Below, piece after piece: positions 23,540 to 33,967 of a stretch of 36,081 nucleotides of DNA. Every line of letters begins with the position of its first letter. Positions within the stretch are counted from its first letter, which is position 1. The DNA comes from Octopus bimaculoides. Taxonomy: Eukaryota. The DNA lies in contig NC_068988.1 in the NCBI RefSeq assembly GCF_001194135.2, positions 81,258,977 through 81,295,057 of the forward strand, written 5' to 3'. The notes beneath the pieces were generated by a model. It was not told the DNA's origin, did not search any database, and saw only the letters and a program-made list of their open reading frames with translations. The translations under genes were made by a program, and so were the position numbers.

Positions 23540-23760
23540 TATGGATACTTAAAGGTAAAGAGCCAAACTATGAACATGCGTCTGCTACATATTGTACCTT
23601 AGAATAATTCGACGTTTCTGTAGTAATTGGGCTTCTCTGCACATTGTACCGTCTTTTCGAAAATTGACTTGGTTTGCATGTATGATAAGATTCCGATTGA
23701 ACCTGCTGATGTTCACAAAGCTGTTATTACCACTCTCTTTCGACTTTTAGAAACATTAAA
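23540..23760 (+). mobile_element. Ty3/Gypsy RT fragment, probable continuation of 21200-22075
   Basis: CTVFSKIDLVCMYDKIPIEPADVHKAVITTLFRLLE matches the Gypsy RT pattern ([33 protein letters not shown]). Confidence 0.85.
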
Positions 23761-24529
23761 TCTTTCTCTGTTTTTTCTCTTGCGTGTGCTTAGCATTTCA
23801 GCGCCAATTTTGCATTCATGAGGTCTCTGAATATGGACAATTCGTTTATTTGCATTCATTTTCCGCTATATGCCTTTTGCTGTCGTGGTTTGTAATTTAA
23901 TTCTTTGTCTTGGTTGTTGTATTGGCACTTTGCTTTTTCAAATTAAGGCTTTATTCACGTTCACACGGAATTTTTCTTTATCCTGTGTACGTTATTTTTC
24001 GTACTCGTTTACTTGCGTGCTTTGTTCATGTCGACAGCATTTCAGCTCTGCATTTTCATTGTAGATTATAGTGGTACGTCGAAAAACATGCGAGCAATGT
24101 TTAATTTTCTGCAGATACCTCTCCACGTTATGTTTCATTCTAAACCTACGTTTGATTTCTGTGCCTACCTTCCAAGGTGTCTTTTCACTGCCAGTTTTCG
24201 CTAACCAATTTTAGCATGAACATTTTGATTTGAGGGCATTCAACATTTCAGCACATTTTTCTTTCAAACATGAATGCATTCTTCACATTTTATAAATTAT
24301 CATTTTCGTTCCCTTGTCACCCAACAAACTGACTGACAAGAAAACACTTGTTACAGAACTCAGAATTCGAAACCTGGTGAATCCAGTAACTGAATTATTG
24401 TAAAAAGTCGTTATGAGTGATAGAAACAAACTGAACATTAAACCAATAATTTTCATTCGTTGATTTAGTGTCCTGAACAAAGATATCAATTTAAGGCTGT
24501 TGAATGTTTGGATGGATGCAAATTGACTC

Positions 24530-24890
24530 TGTAGTAACGCCGTGCGCATGCGTAGTCTCACGCATGCGTGGAATTAAACAAGCAAACTTTCCCGCTTAAT
24601 TCTATCTCTTTCTTGCTGGCCAGCAATAGAGCATGGACGTGTCAAGCAGTGTCTCTAACGTTCCAACCTGGAGACAGTCTCTTTACGTGTATAGCTGTCA
24701 CTCTCCATCTTTCGGACTTACACTCGACAGCTCGCTCACATCTACATAACAACGTCCCAACAACTATGCTCATACACACAGAAGCTGTAACAACAAACAA
24801 GAGCTAAAGATATATATATTTACCACCTAAATAAAGTGTTGTTTAAGTTGATAGTCTGGAGTTCAGCGTTCCGTTATATTCATTAATTTT
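24530..24890 (+). mobile_element. Possible solo LTR
   Basis: Starts TGTAGT, retains CpGs, has AATAAA at 24830-24835 and is about 360 bp long. The right boundary and TSD are not identified. Confidence 0.3.
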
Positions 24891-25714
24891 ATATAGGAAA
24901 GTCAGGTATACATCTAATGATGTATAACCAACTTTTCTATAACTCTAAGGCACGTTGAAAATTACGTGGATGACTGATTACAACGAATATTTTAACTTTT
25001 CTAACAAGGGAGGTTAGTCTTCATGAAACCGCTCTTACGTTCTCTCACGCTCAAACCTCTTTCAGTGACAGCGTGAGTGAACAAAGAGAACGAAACAAAA
25101 CAAATAAAATATTTATAGATGTTATTTTCCTCATAAAATTAGGTGTACTATTCAGAAAGCCAAACAGGCCGTAGTTTGCCTATGATTGCTTTACCTTGTT
25201 TACATGAGTAGAAGTACATTATAAAGTACTGGTCCAAGCCGCCTTAATGCCCTTTCCCCGCCACCATTACTTCTAACAAACTTCTGTTCATCCTTTCATC
25301 CTTCTAATATTTCTTACCTCTTCTTATTCCTTTCTTTAGACATCCTCTGCCTTTCTATGCCTCTCTATCCTCCCTCTTCCCTCCCGCCCTCTGTTTCTTA
25401 CTTTCTCTAGTCATGTACTTTTATCTCTTCTGATTTGGATCTTTCTCCTTAAAAAACAATTCGATTCTTGCTCTTGACTAATCATCCTTGAACTATTAAC
25501 TCTAAATAATGATATTTTTCTTTAAAAAATATTTTCTTTCATGGAAATGCCTTTACTCGCTGGTCTTCTGTAGCAGTTAGTCTTTGGCATGATTAACTTA
25601 GATCAATAGCATACCCATCCAATGAGTATGAGGCATTATTATCTTTTCATGAAACTCCAAGATTTTACCATCATTTGTTAGTATGGTAGTGCTTAAACTA
25701 GACATACATCCATC

Positions 25715-25845
25715 CATATATACATACATGCATGCACGCATACATACATACATACATACCTATATATTGTGCCCCAGCATGACCGCAACCGCATCGTGAA
25801 ACGAGTAAAAAAGTAAAATAGTGTGTGTGTGTGTGTGTGTATGCG
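25715..25845 (+). repeat. (TACA)n and (TG)n microsatellites flanking a family-C SINE 3' end
   Basis: GTGCCCCAGCATGACCGCA..GAAACGAGTAAAA at about 25768-25812 matches the 3' end at 31535-31580. Confidence 0.65.
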
Positions 25846-26200
25846 TATATTCATATATATGTGTGCGTAAGCACACATACGTATATATAGTCTACTGACT
25901 AAGTTCTTGTTGTTTAACTCCAGATCATCGCTGATCAAGCTGACATATGAAAAAAGGTGTTCGAGACGTAACTATCACATCTTAATTTCAGACGGTACGT
26001 CTAAAACAACATTATCCAATTTGTCTTTTAGAGCGACAGTGCTATTTATTGTAGATCGAACGACCAATGAAAAGCTTTCCTCATTGGCTCGTTGCTCGGA
26101 ACCTCAGATCTTACCCTACCGTCTTTGTTCAAGTTTGTTGTTCAGTTCCTGTTTAGTTTTGATGGACAGACCTTTGATTAAAAGATTTCAGCTCTTTTAA

Positions 26201-26450
26201 GTCGGCAAAATAATTACTAGTCTAGTATTGGAATTGATCAACTCTTCCAGATCGATAAGATAATTATCGCTCAAGTATTGAGTTTTATCAATCCTTCCGG
26301 ATCGACAAAATAATTACCAGTCAAGTATTGTGATTGATCACTTTTTTCCACATCGATAAAAATAACTACCAGTCAAATATTGAGTTTGATCAGAATTTAC
26401 CCCAGCATATCAATAAAATAAAAACCAATCAAGCATTGGGATCGATTACA
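26201..26450 (+). repeat. Minisatellite of about 5 units of about 50 bp, derived from the family-A SINE body
   Basis: Units begin at about 26201, 26251, 26301, 26352 and 26409. The consensus ATCGATAAAATAATTACCAGTCAAGTATTG.GATTGATCA resembles the SINE body GTCGATAAA(T)TAAGTACCAG. Confidence 0.8.
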
Positions 26451-26577
26451 TCAGCATCATATTTCTCTAAATTCTAAGTTGTAATTTGAAATGAAAATGT
26501 AAAGGAACATAACTTAATATTATAAATCCTTTAAGACCGTCGCTCAGCCGATTCTGCCGCTCAATGTTAGAAATCCT

Positions 26578-26578
26578 T

Positions 26579-26614
<36 letters not shown>

Positions 26615-27091
26615 CGTAATTTATGCAAATGACTTAGTCCTATAATGTGTCCTACTTTTGTATGTGTCTGTGTCGCTTGGTTGCAAGAGATAAGGTTGGA
26701 CAATTGTTTGTATTGTTGATACCTACTGAGTTAAAAACATGCTCACAATTGCCTTATTATATCCAGACAATAAACCTATCTCTTCCTTAATGGTATATCA
26801 GCTTTGAAGAATCCTTGATTCTTGAGATTTTCTCTCTTTCCCATCTAGAGTTGTTTTCAAGCGTCATTTGGTAAATTGTGACACATCCTCCAGAGGCAGA
26901 GATAATTTTTTAAAAACCAAGAAGTTATGCGGTTTTTGACATGACTGTATTTGTTTATATTCATATGCACGCCACTGGCCAGTCTTAGTTATTTTTCTAA
27001 GCTGATTAGTGTGTGTGTGTGTGTGTGTGCGTGTGTGCGTGTGCATGCCTGCGTGTGCATGCGTGCGTGTGTGTGTGTGCTTGTCTGTGTG

Positions 27092-27132
<41 letters not shown>
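26578..27132. repeat. (CA)n at 26578-26612 and compound (GT)n(CT)n(CA)n at 27009-27132
   Basis: Directly visible. These explain the tracked ORFs 26467-26703, 26864-27133, 26951-27184 and 26989-27171. Confidence 0.9.
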
Positions 27133-27135
<3 letters not shown>

Positions 27136-27309
27136 ATACATTAAAGAGAGAATGAGTTGTAGAAATTGCAAGATGGCGGACTAAAACGTTCTACAGTATT
27201 TAATCGCGTCATTCTGATGTTTTATGTTCATATTCTGCTCGGGTTGATTTTGCTACGAATACTTCATATTGTTATATTTGGTTTGAACTTAGATACACAT
27301 ATTAACAGT

Positions 27310-27700
27310 TTGCTATCCATCCCTCTTTTCTCGTCCATTATTCCCGAAAGAGTATTTGGAGAGAGTTCTCAAGCTCCTCCTCCATAGATTTTCCATTTGG
27401 TTTTCTAAGCGTGACCAACTGAGATTATGGATATCATTCAACCATTTCGTTCTTGGTTTACATCTAGGTCTTCTGCCGATTGGCTCGTCTTGAAAAATCT
27501 GTCTTGCATTTCTTTCCTGTGACATTTTAATCTCATGTCTGAAGTACCGGAATTTTGAGCTCTCAATGCGTAAAAGTAGAGGTTTGCTTTAATAAAACAT
27601 TCTCTAACATCAGACAGACTGACATCAAAAAACGTGCCAATATCATCTCTTTTGGGACTAATCAGCCGAAACAACAGCCATTTCATCCTCGCAGACGCTC
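27310..27700 (-). mobile_element. RTE-clade LINE 3' fragment (family distinct from 2030-2845)
   Basis: MSQERNARQIFQDEPIGRRPRCKPRTKWLNDIHNLSWSRL matches the RTE C-terminal pattern (RM.QER.A.QI..A.P.G.RPRGRPRTRW.D.I..L.WSRL). Confidence 0.75.
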
Positions 27701-27893
27701 TGATGTCAGAAGACGTACCTACGTTATCACTTTTTCGACTGATTAGTTAGTGTGTCTACTTCGTCAACAGACTTGCCTAAGTCATCAATTTTCTAAGCAT
27801 TCAGCGACTTAGAGCGATGTTATATTAGCAGGAATCAATGTTAAAATATGATATCAAGGAAGCGCTTTTCCAACTGAAAATGTTAGTTTCAAA

Positions 27894-28100
27894 TTTTGGT
27901 ACAAGGCCAGCAATTTCGGGGGAGGGGTTAAGTCGATTACATCGACTCCAGTGCTTAACTGACACTTATTTTATCGAGCCCAAAAAGATGGAAGGCAAAG
28001 TCAACCTAAGCAGTATTTGAACTCAAAACGTTAAGACGGACGTAATGCCCACTAAGCATTTTGCCCAGCGTGCTAACGATTCCACCTGCTCAGCACCTTT
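27894..28100 (-). mobile_element. Family-A SINE, full length
   Basis: Reverse complement runs from head AAAGGTGCTGAGCAGGTGGAATCGTTAGCACGCTGGGCAAAATGCTTAGT through GAGTTCAAAT, GACTTTGCCTTCCATC and CGATAAAATAAGT to GGCCTTGTACCAAAA. Confidence 0.85.
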
Positions 28101-28594
28101 TTCCAAGTGAAAAATATTGGTAATGGCATTTTTTATATAATAGATGTCTGCTGTAATAGCTCACATACACATACATGTATCACTCACATACACACTTTTC
28201 TTTGTACGACGGCCTGTCTTTGATTATGTTCTTATATGTCGCATTCACACTCTCACACAGACATACACTTTAATGCCACAATAAATATTTCTGTTATTCA
28301 TTTCATACGGTTGCCTTCTGTCGTCTCTTCATTACTGGTATTTACGAATTCACTAATGTTATCGAAGTATAACATTATTTGTATATCATCATGTGATATA
28401 ATAATTTTGTGTTCGACCGTGTGACACGTTTAAATAAAAGGAGTCCTCTGTTTTTTCCATTCGTTACCATTTCTCCTTTTTGAGTTCGCACGGTCGTTCC
28501 TACATAGCTATGAGGAGAAAGGCCAGTTAAAACAGTCCCCTAAATGTACCTCTTTTGTATGAATATAAACAGACCCAGTATTTGGTTGATATGG

Positions 28595-28715
28595 CATTTT
28601 CTTTTTATCGATACGGGGAGAAAGAAAAGCAAAGTTGATCTTGGTTGGATTCCAACTCGGAATATAAAGTAAAAAGTTGTGCAGGAGTTTTGCCCAACGT
28701 TCCAGTGTTTGTGAT
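28595..28715 (-). mobile_element. Degenerate family-A SINE fragment
   Basis: TTTTATCGAT..GAAAAGCAAAGTTGATCTTGG..TTCCAACTCGGAA is the reverse complement of the SINE body. Confidence 0.55.
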
Positions 28716-28979
28716 AACGTACAAATGTGAGAAATCATTGTTAAAAGATGGTAGTTGGATGAGAGAAGAGATGGAATCGTGGTCTTATTGAAGAGAAATG
28801 GTGAGATGAGAGAACAGGTGGATTAGCGAATAGATAAACTGTCTAATGAGGGCGATAAAATAAAATACCAGTCAAGTTGCGATGTCTATTAAATGTACTA
28901 CTTCCCCAACTGTTGTGGGTTTTGTGTTGATCTAAGAGATCATTATTTATACGCCAATGAATGAATAAATAAATGTATA

Positions 28980-29012
28980 GAAGAAGAAGAAGAAGAAGAA
29001 GAAGAAGAAGAA
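28980..29012. repeat. (GAA)n microsatellite
   Basis: Directly visible perfect run. Confidence 0.95.
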
Positions 29013-29294
29013 AGGCATGCTTATTATTGGGAAATTGTTAAAAGTATTGCGTAATAGCCCTGTAATACTATAAGCCTCCACATATTAAACATCAGTCATA
29101 CGCGCGCATGTGTATGTGGTCGAGAGAGTAAATAACAGAAAAGAAATAAAAAGTTAATGTGAGAAAAAAATGTAAATTACAGAATATGGTAGTAAAAAAC
29201 GAAAGTAAAATTTAGTTTTGGACTGCATGATATAAGAAATAAAAAGGTAGGTGATTTATAGAAAACAAAGAGTATTTCGTGGTTAAATCTATTA

Positions 29295-29395
29295 ACGTTT
29301 TCAGTTCAAAGACGTCTTTACTTTTTATTCTTTTAGGGTCGATTAAATAAAGTACCAGTTAGGTAAGAGGGTTGATTTAATTGTACATGCACTCA
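29295..29395 (+). mobile_element. Partial family-A SINE
   Basis: TTCAGTTCAAA..TTTTAGGGTCGATTAAATAAAGTACCAGTT. Confidence 0.6.
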
Positions 29396-29596
29396 CCAGA
29401 TAAGTGGCCTTCTGTATAGATGTCAATAAATAACAGGGGAGGAAGAGAGACATATTGCTGGACCAAGGAAAGGAGAGAGAACAAGGTTGGAAGTGGGGGA
29501 ACGGATAAAATATAAGGAGGTGGAGAAAAGAATAAAAGAGAAAAAAAAAGAAGCGATAAAGATAGATAGGTAGATAGACAGATATATATATATATA

Positions 29597-30179
29597 NNNN
29601 NNNNNNNNNNNNNNNNNNNNNNNNNNNNNNNNNNNNNNNNNNNNNNNNNNNNNNNNNNNNNNNNNNNNNNNNNNNNNNNNNNNNNNNNNNNNNNNNNNNN
29701 NNNNNNNNNNNNNNNNNNNNNNNNNNNNNNNNNNNNNNNNNNNNNNNNNNNNNNNNNNNNNNNNNNNNNNNNNNNNNNNNNNNNNNNNNNNNNNNNNNNN
29801 NNNNNNNNNNNNNNNNNNNNNNNNNNNNNNNNNNNNNNNNNNNNNNNNNNNNNNNNNNNNNNNNNNNNNNNNNNNNNNNNNNNNNNNNNNNNNNNNNNNN
29901 NNNNNNNNNNNNNNNNNNNNNNNNNNNNNNNNNNNNNNNNNNNNNNNNNNNNNNNNNNNNNNNNNNNNNNNNNNNNNNNNNNNNNNNNNNNNNNNNNNNN
30001 NNNNNNNNNNNNNNNNNNNNNNNNNNNNNNNNNNNNNNNNNNNNNNNNNNNNNNNNNNNNNNNNNNNNNNNNNNNNNNNNNNNNNNNNNNNNNNNNNNNN
30101 NNNNNNNNNNNNNNNNNNNNNNNNNNNNNNNNNNNNNNNNNNNNNNNNNNNNNNNNNNNNNNNNNNNNNNNNNNNNNNN
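29597..30179. other. Assembly gap (N run)
   Basis: Run of N, preceded by (TA)n. Confidence 1.
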
Positions 30180-30985
30180 TCTATCACCTATCACCCTTTC
30201 TTCTTCCCTCTACCCTTTCTGTTACCCTCCACCTTTTCTTCTACCATCCACCCTTTCTACCCGCCACCCTTCTTTCTACCCTCCACCATTTCTTCCCCTC
30301 TCCACCCTTTCTGCTACCCTCCACCCTTTCTTCTTTCTTCTTTCCTTTCTGCCACCCTCCACTCTTTCTTCTACCCTCTACCCTTTCTTGTACTCTCTAA
30401 CGCTTTCTGTTATCCTTCACCCTTCCTTCTACCCTCCACCCTTTTTTCTATCCTCAACCCTTTCTTCTATCCTCAACCCTTTCTGCCCCACCACTATTAC
30501 TTCTGTACTCCACCCTTTCTGCCACCCTCAACTTTTTCTACCACCCTACAACCTTTCTTATTTCTTTACTGCCCACAAGGGGCTACACACAGAGGCGACA
30601 AACAAGGACAGACAAATGGATTAAGTCGAGTATATCGATCCCAGTGCGTAACTGGTATTTATTTAATCGACCCCGAAAGGATGAAAGGCAAAGTCGACCT
30701 CGGCGGAATTCGAACTCAGAACGTAGCGGCAGACGAAATACCGCTAAGCATTTCGCACGTCGCGTTAATGTTTCTGCCAGCTCGCCGCCTTTCTACTACA
30801 CTCCACTCTTTCTGCCACTCTCCAATCTTTCTATCCCCCAGCCTCTCCGCTACTCTCCTCCCTTTCTACCGTTCACCACCCTTCCTACTATCCTCCATCA
30901 TTCCTACCACCCACCACCCTTTCTACTATTCTCCACCCTTTCTACCACCCTCCACCACGCAACACTCTTTTCCACTACTTTTCCT
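30180..30985. repeat. Pyrimidine-rich minisatellite (CCACCCTTTCT(A/G)C-type units) interrupted by a SINE
   Basis: Recurrent CCACCCTTTCT / CTACCCTCCACC units on both sides of 30559-30791. Confidence 0.85.
30559..30791 (-). mobile_element. Family-A SINE, young full-length copy
   Basis: Reverse complement reads AAGGCGGCGAGCTGGCAGAAAC..TTCTGAGTTCGAATTCCGCCGAGGTCGACTTTGCCTTTCATCCTTTCGGGGTCGATTAAATAAATACCAG, with CpGs intact. Confidence 0.9.
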
Positions 30986-31054
30986 TATTCAAGGAAATAA
31001 TATAAATATCTAAAAAATATCCAGCAAAAAATTACTCGTCGGACGATCTTCTTT

Positions 31055-31578
31055 AGGCCCAGGCATAGCTGTGAAGATGTTCGCTTCCCAGTCACATGAT
31101 TCCAGGTTCAGTCCCACTGCGTGGTACCTAAGGCAAGTATCTTCTACTATATCTTCGGGCCGACCGAAGCCTTGTGCGTGGATTTGGTAGACGGAAACTG
31201 AGNNNNNNNNNNNNNNNNNNNNNNNNNNNNNNNNNNNNNNNNNNNNNNNNNNNNNNNNNNNNNNNNNNNNNNNNNNNNNNNNNNNNNNNNNNNNNNNNNN
31301 NNNNNNNNNNNNNNNNNNNNNNNNNNNNNNNNNNNNNNNNNNNNNNNNNNNNNNNNNNNNNNNNNNNNNNNNNNNNNNNNNNNNNNNNNNNNNNNNNNNN
31401 NNNNNNNNNNNNNNNNNNNNNNNNNNNNNNNNNNNNNNNNNNNNNNNNNNNNNNNNNNNNNNNNNNNNNNNNNNNNNNNNNNNNNNNNNNNNNNNNNNNN
31501 NNNNNNNNTTCAACTACAAACAAATTTTCAAGGCGGTGCCCCACCATGATCGCGGTCTAGTGACTGAAACAAGTAAAA

Positions 31579-31580
<2 letters not shown>
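31055..31580 (+). mobile_element. tRNA-type SINE, family C, spanning an assembly gap
   Basis: 5' part AGGCCCAGGCATAGCTGTG..GGTTCAGTCCCACTGCGTGGTACC..GGATTTGGTAGACGGAAACTGA lies before the gap. 3' end GGTGCCCCACCATGATCGCGG..TGACTGAAACAAGTAAAAGA lies after it and is followed by (CA)n. Confidence 0.7.
31203..31508. other. Assembly gap (N run)
   Basis: Run of N inside a SINE. Confidence 1.
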
Positions 31581-31616
<36 letters not shown>

Positions 31617-31945
31617 CACACACACACACACATACACACACACACACACATATACACACACAACATGCATGTATGCACTTATGTATGAAATAATTACATA
31701 TAAATTAATGTAATATAAATACGAACACACACACACACATACATACACACACAAGTATGTATTATATAAGTAGGTGTGCATGTATGTATGTTGCGTGCAT
31801 ATTTTCGTGTGTCGCTTTGAGTATATATCTATGTCTATCAAAAATACCTACTAACTTTCTTATACTCTCACACACACACACACGCGACACACACACACAC
31901 AAACACAAACACACACATACATACATGCATATACATACATACATA
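31580..31945. repeat. (CA)n / (TACA)n microsatellite cluster
   Basis: Directly visible. It explains the tracked ORFs 31557-31841, 31757-31957 and 31762-31944. Confidence 0.9.
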
Positions 31946-32341
31946 CAAATTCTTTGATTTTAGGTCAATGAGGTTATGGGTAATTGCTAATCGCTGCCGT
32001 TGTAAGATTTACCTACAATTCAAAATATCTGGAAAGAAGCCAATTAGTAGAACAGAAGGCAGTAGAATGAAAAGGAACCATAAAAGATTATACTGGATGT
32101 TTTAAAACGGCTTGATGCTTTAAAAAGGCTTTATGCCAGAGAAAACGCCCGTCAGCCGCGTTGTGAAAACATTAAAGCTTGTAACATCTACAGAAGGAAC
32201 AGAACGTGATGATAGAAAGAAAATTAAGTCAAGTGTTCAAGAACTGCTCGAACTTTTTCTTTCCATATATCTAATGTGATGTTTTAATGTGATGCACCCT
32301 GTACATGCACACGTACATACATACGTACATACATACTTATA

Positions 32342-32885
32342 TAGTGACATGCGAAAAGTTTTCAGTCACACGTTAATTTTCGTATTTTTTCTGAATGGAC
32401 ATGCAGGTAATTCATATGTATTTAATAGCATTTTTGGTTTAACTTTTGGCTCTTGTTTACTAAAACACAATGAAAACATTTTGGGAAAAAGTTATCTATG
32501 AATTTATATGTGAGCAAGCCATCGGCATGTGGAAAATTCTATGAAGCAAATCATCAGTGTGGAAAGTTCTGTGGAGTAACTCAGCTTTTCATTATTAATC
32601 ATCAGCGAATTACATATTCTAGAGATGGATTAATAAAGGGCATTACTCTGTGAAGAAGAGATCTAGGACGCCAGAAAAGATGTCTAAGAGGACAACTGTT
32701 AGAGTAACTGCGAATTTTGTGACTATGTCACTATATTGTGTAAGAACAATATTGACAGACCTTAGATATGCATGAAGAGTTGCAAGAATGAAGCCAGTGA
32801 TTTCAAAAGCTAAGACCAAAAGATTCAACTGGGCTAAAGAGATCTGCAACGAGGAAGACAAGTTTGGGTCATCAGTCTTATGGTA
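32342..32885 (+). mobile_element. Tc1-like DNA transposon, left end and transposase N-terminal part
   Basis: TA|TAGTGACATGCGAAAAGTT resembles a TA|CAGTG..CAAAAGTT Tc1 TIR. Plus-strand peptide KRSRTPEKMS..CVRTILTDLRYA*RVARMKPVISKAKTKRFNWAKE..SSVLW matches the Tc1 pattern (TVRRxL..G..RVARKKPLLS...RLxFAKE..VLWSDE). Confidence 0.75.
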
Positions 32886-33112
32886 TGTTTTTGTGAGTGT
32901 CATGGTTGCCGTTGCTGGTCTTGTTGTTAATGTTGGTGTTGCTGCTATTGTTCCTATTCCTGTCATTGCTTCTGCTGCTAATGTTACTGTTGCACTCTGT
33001 TGCTGCTGCTGGGATTGGTGCGTCAGCAACAGTGAGGGTCTCCCGTTATTTGTTGAAGACAGAAAGCTCTGAAGCGAACTTTGCATCTCGCAAGTGCATT
33101 TTTATTTTCTGC

Positions 33113-33372
33113 CTCACACATCTGCTCAGAACCATGTAACACGTACCCGTCCTGATCCGACAAAGACCTGATCGTGGTTTTGTTTCCACGTTGAATGACC
33201 ACCGTTCGAGCCCAACGGACGGCTTTAGTTCACTCACGTTTTAGCGCACGGCTCTTAGCTCTGACAACGCGACCTTCGTGTTTCGCCTCAAAGAAATGGT
33301 GAAGAGCCATTCTCGCCGCTAACACGTCAGTCGTGATGCCCTTACTAATCACCTCTTCAAGACCTAATGGTC
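33113..33372 (-). mobile_element. Tx1/L1-clade ORF2 fragment (endonuclease-RT linker)
   Basis: LEEVISKGITTDVLAARMALHHFFEAKHEGRVVRAKSRALKRE*TKAVRWARTVVIQRGNKTTIRSLSDQDGYVLHGSEQMCEA reads in one frame with a single stop. It matches the RxRxR..EG..RGxKxxIxxLxDxxG linker pattern. Confidence 0.75.
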
Positions 33373-33489
33373 TGAGATCTTTTTCCTTTCCTTCGGTCTT
33401 ATCTTGAGGAGAGCCTCCATTATGGTCCCAGACCACAAATCACTCTCCATTCGTTTTACCTCGTGTTGTTTTCCTGCTACCACCTTCCT

Positions 33490-33840
33490 GAGACTGTTAG
33501 TGGGCATTAACGTCACCATAATTCCAACGAGAGAAAAAAAAAGCAGACGCAAACAGACAATATGGTACATGTCCGTTCATACAAACCGGTCAGTATATTA
33601 ACACAAAAGCCGGAAGAATATTTACAAATGCAAATGTGAACGGTAAAGGCATAAATCTAATTTATTGCATCAAATGCCAGAATTGTGAAGCGATATATAT
33701 ATTGGCCAGACAGGAAACTCATTACCAGAACGCTCACGAGTACACCGACAACAAATTAGAGACCCCGATGTTCGTCAGGCCTCATTAAATAAGAATTTCG
33801 AAACGTGGTCAGGAAACGTTTATAATATTTTCATTTTATA
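33490..33840 (+). mobile_element. PLE GIY-YIG endonuclease fragment with Cys-containing linker
   Basis: QYGTCPFIQTGQYINTKAGRIF..NLIYCIKCQNCEAIY, then a 2-nt slip in an (AT)n run, then IGQTGNSLPERSRVHRQQIRDP. This is a typical PLE LIY-CxxC-YIG endonuclease. Confidence 0.85.
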
Positions 33841-33891
33841 AACTGTACAATGAGAGAAGAATTTTATTGAGAAATTCAAATTCACTCTAAA

Positions 33892-33893
<2 letters not shown>

Positions 33894-33967
<74 letters not shown>

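Noticed and set aside
32643-33086. 147-aa minus-strand ORF resembling an S/T-rich stalk plus hydrophobic membrane segment
   Set aside because: The hydrophobic half is the antisense shadow of a Tc1 transposase on the plus strand, and the rest is low-complexity triplet sequence.
33364-33570. Minus-strand ORF that seemed to extend the Tx1 fragment
   Set aside because: Its upper part is the antisense of the PLE linker and I see no Tx1 motif above about 33372.
33770-33815. Second hammerhead-like motif (..TTCGAAACGTGGTCAGG)
   Set aside because: The CUGANGA box needs at least three changes, and the sequence lies within the GIY-YIG reading frame.
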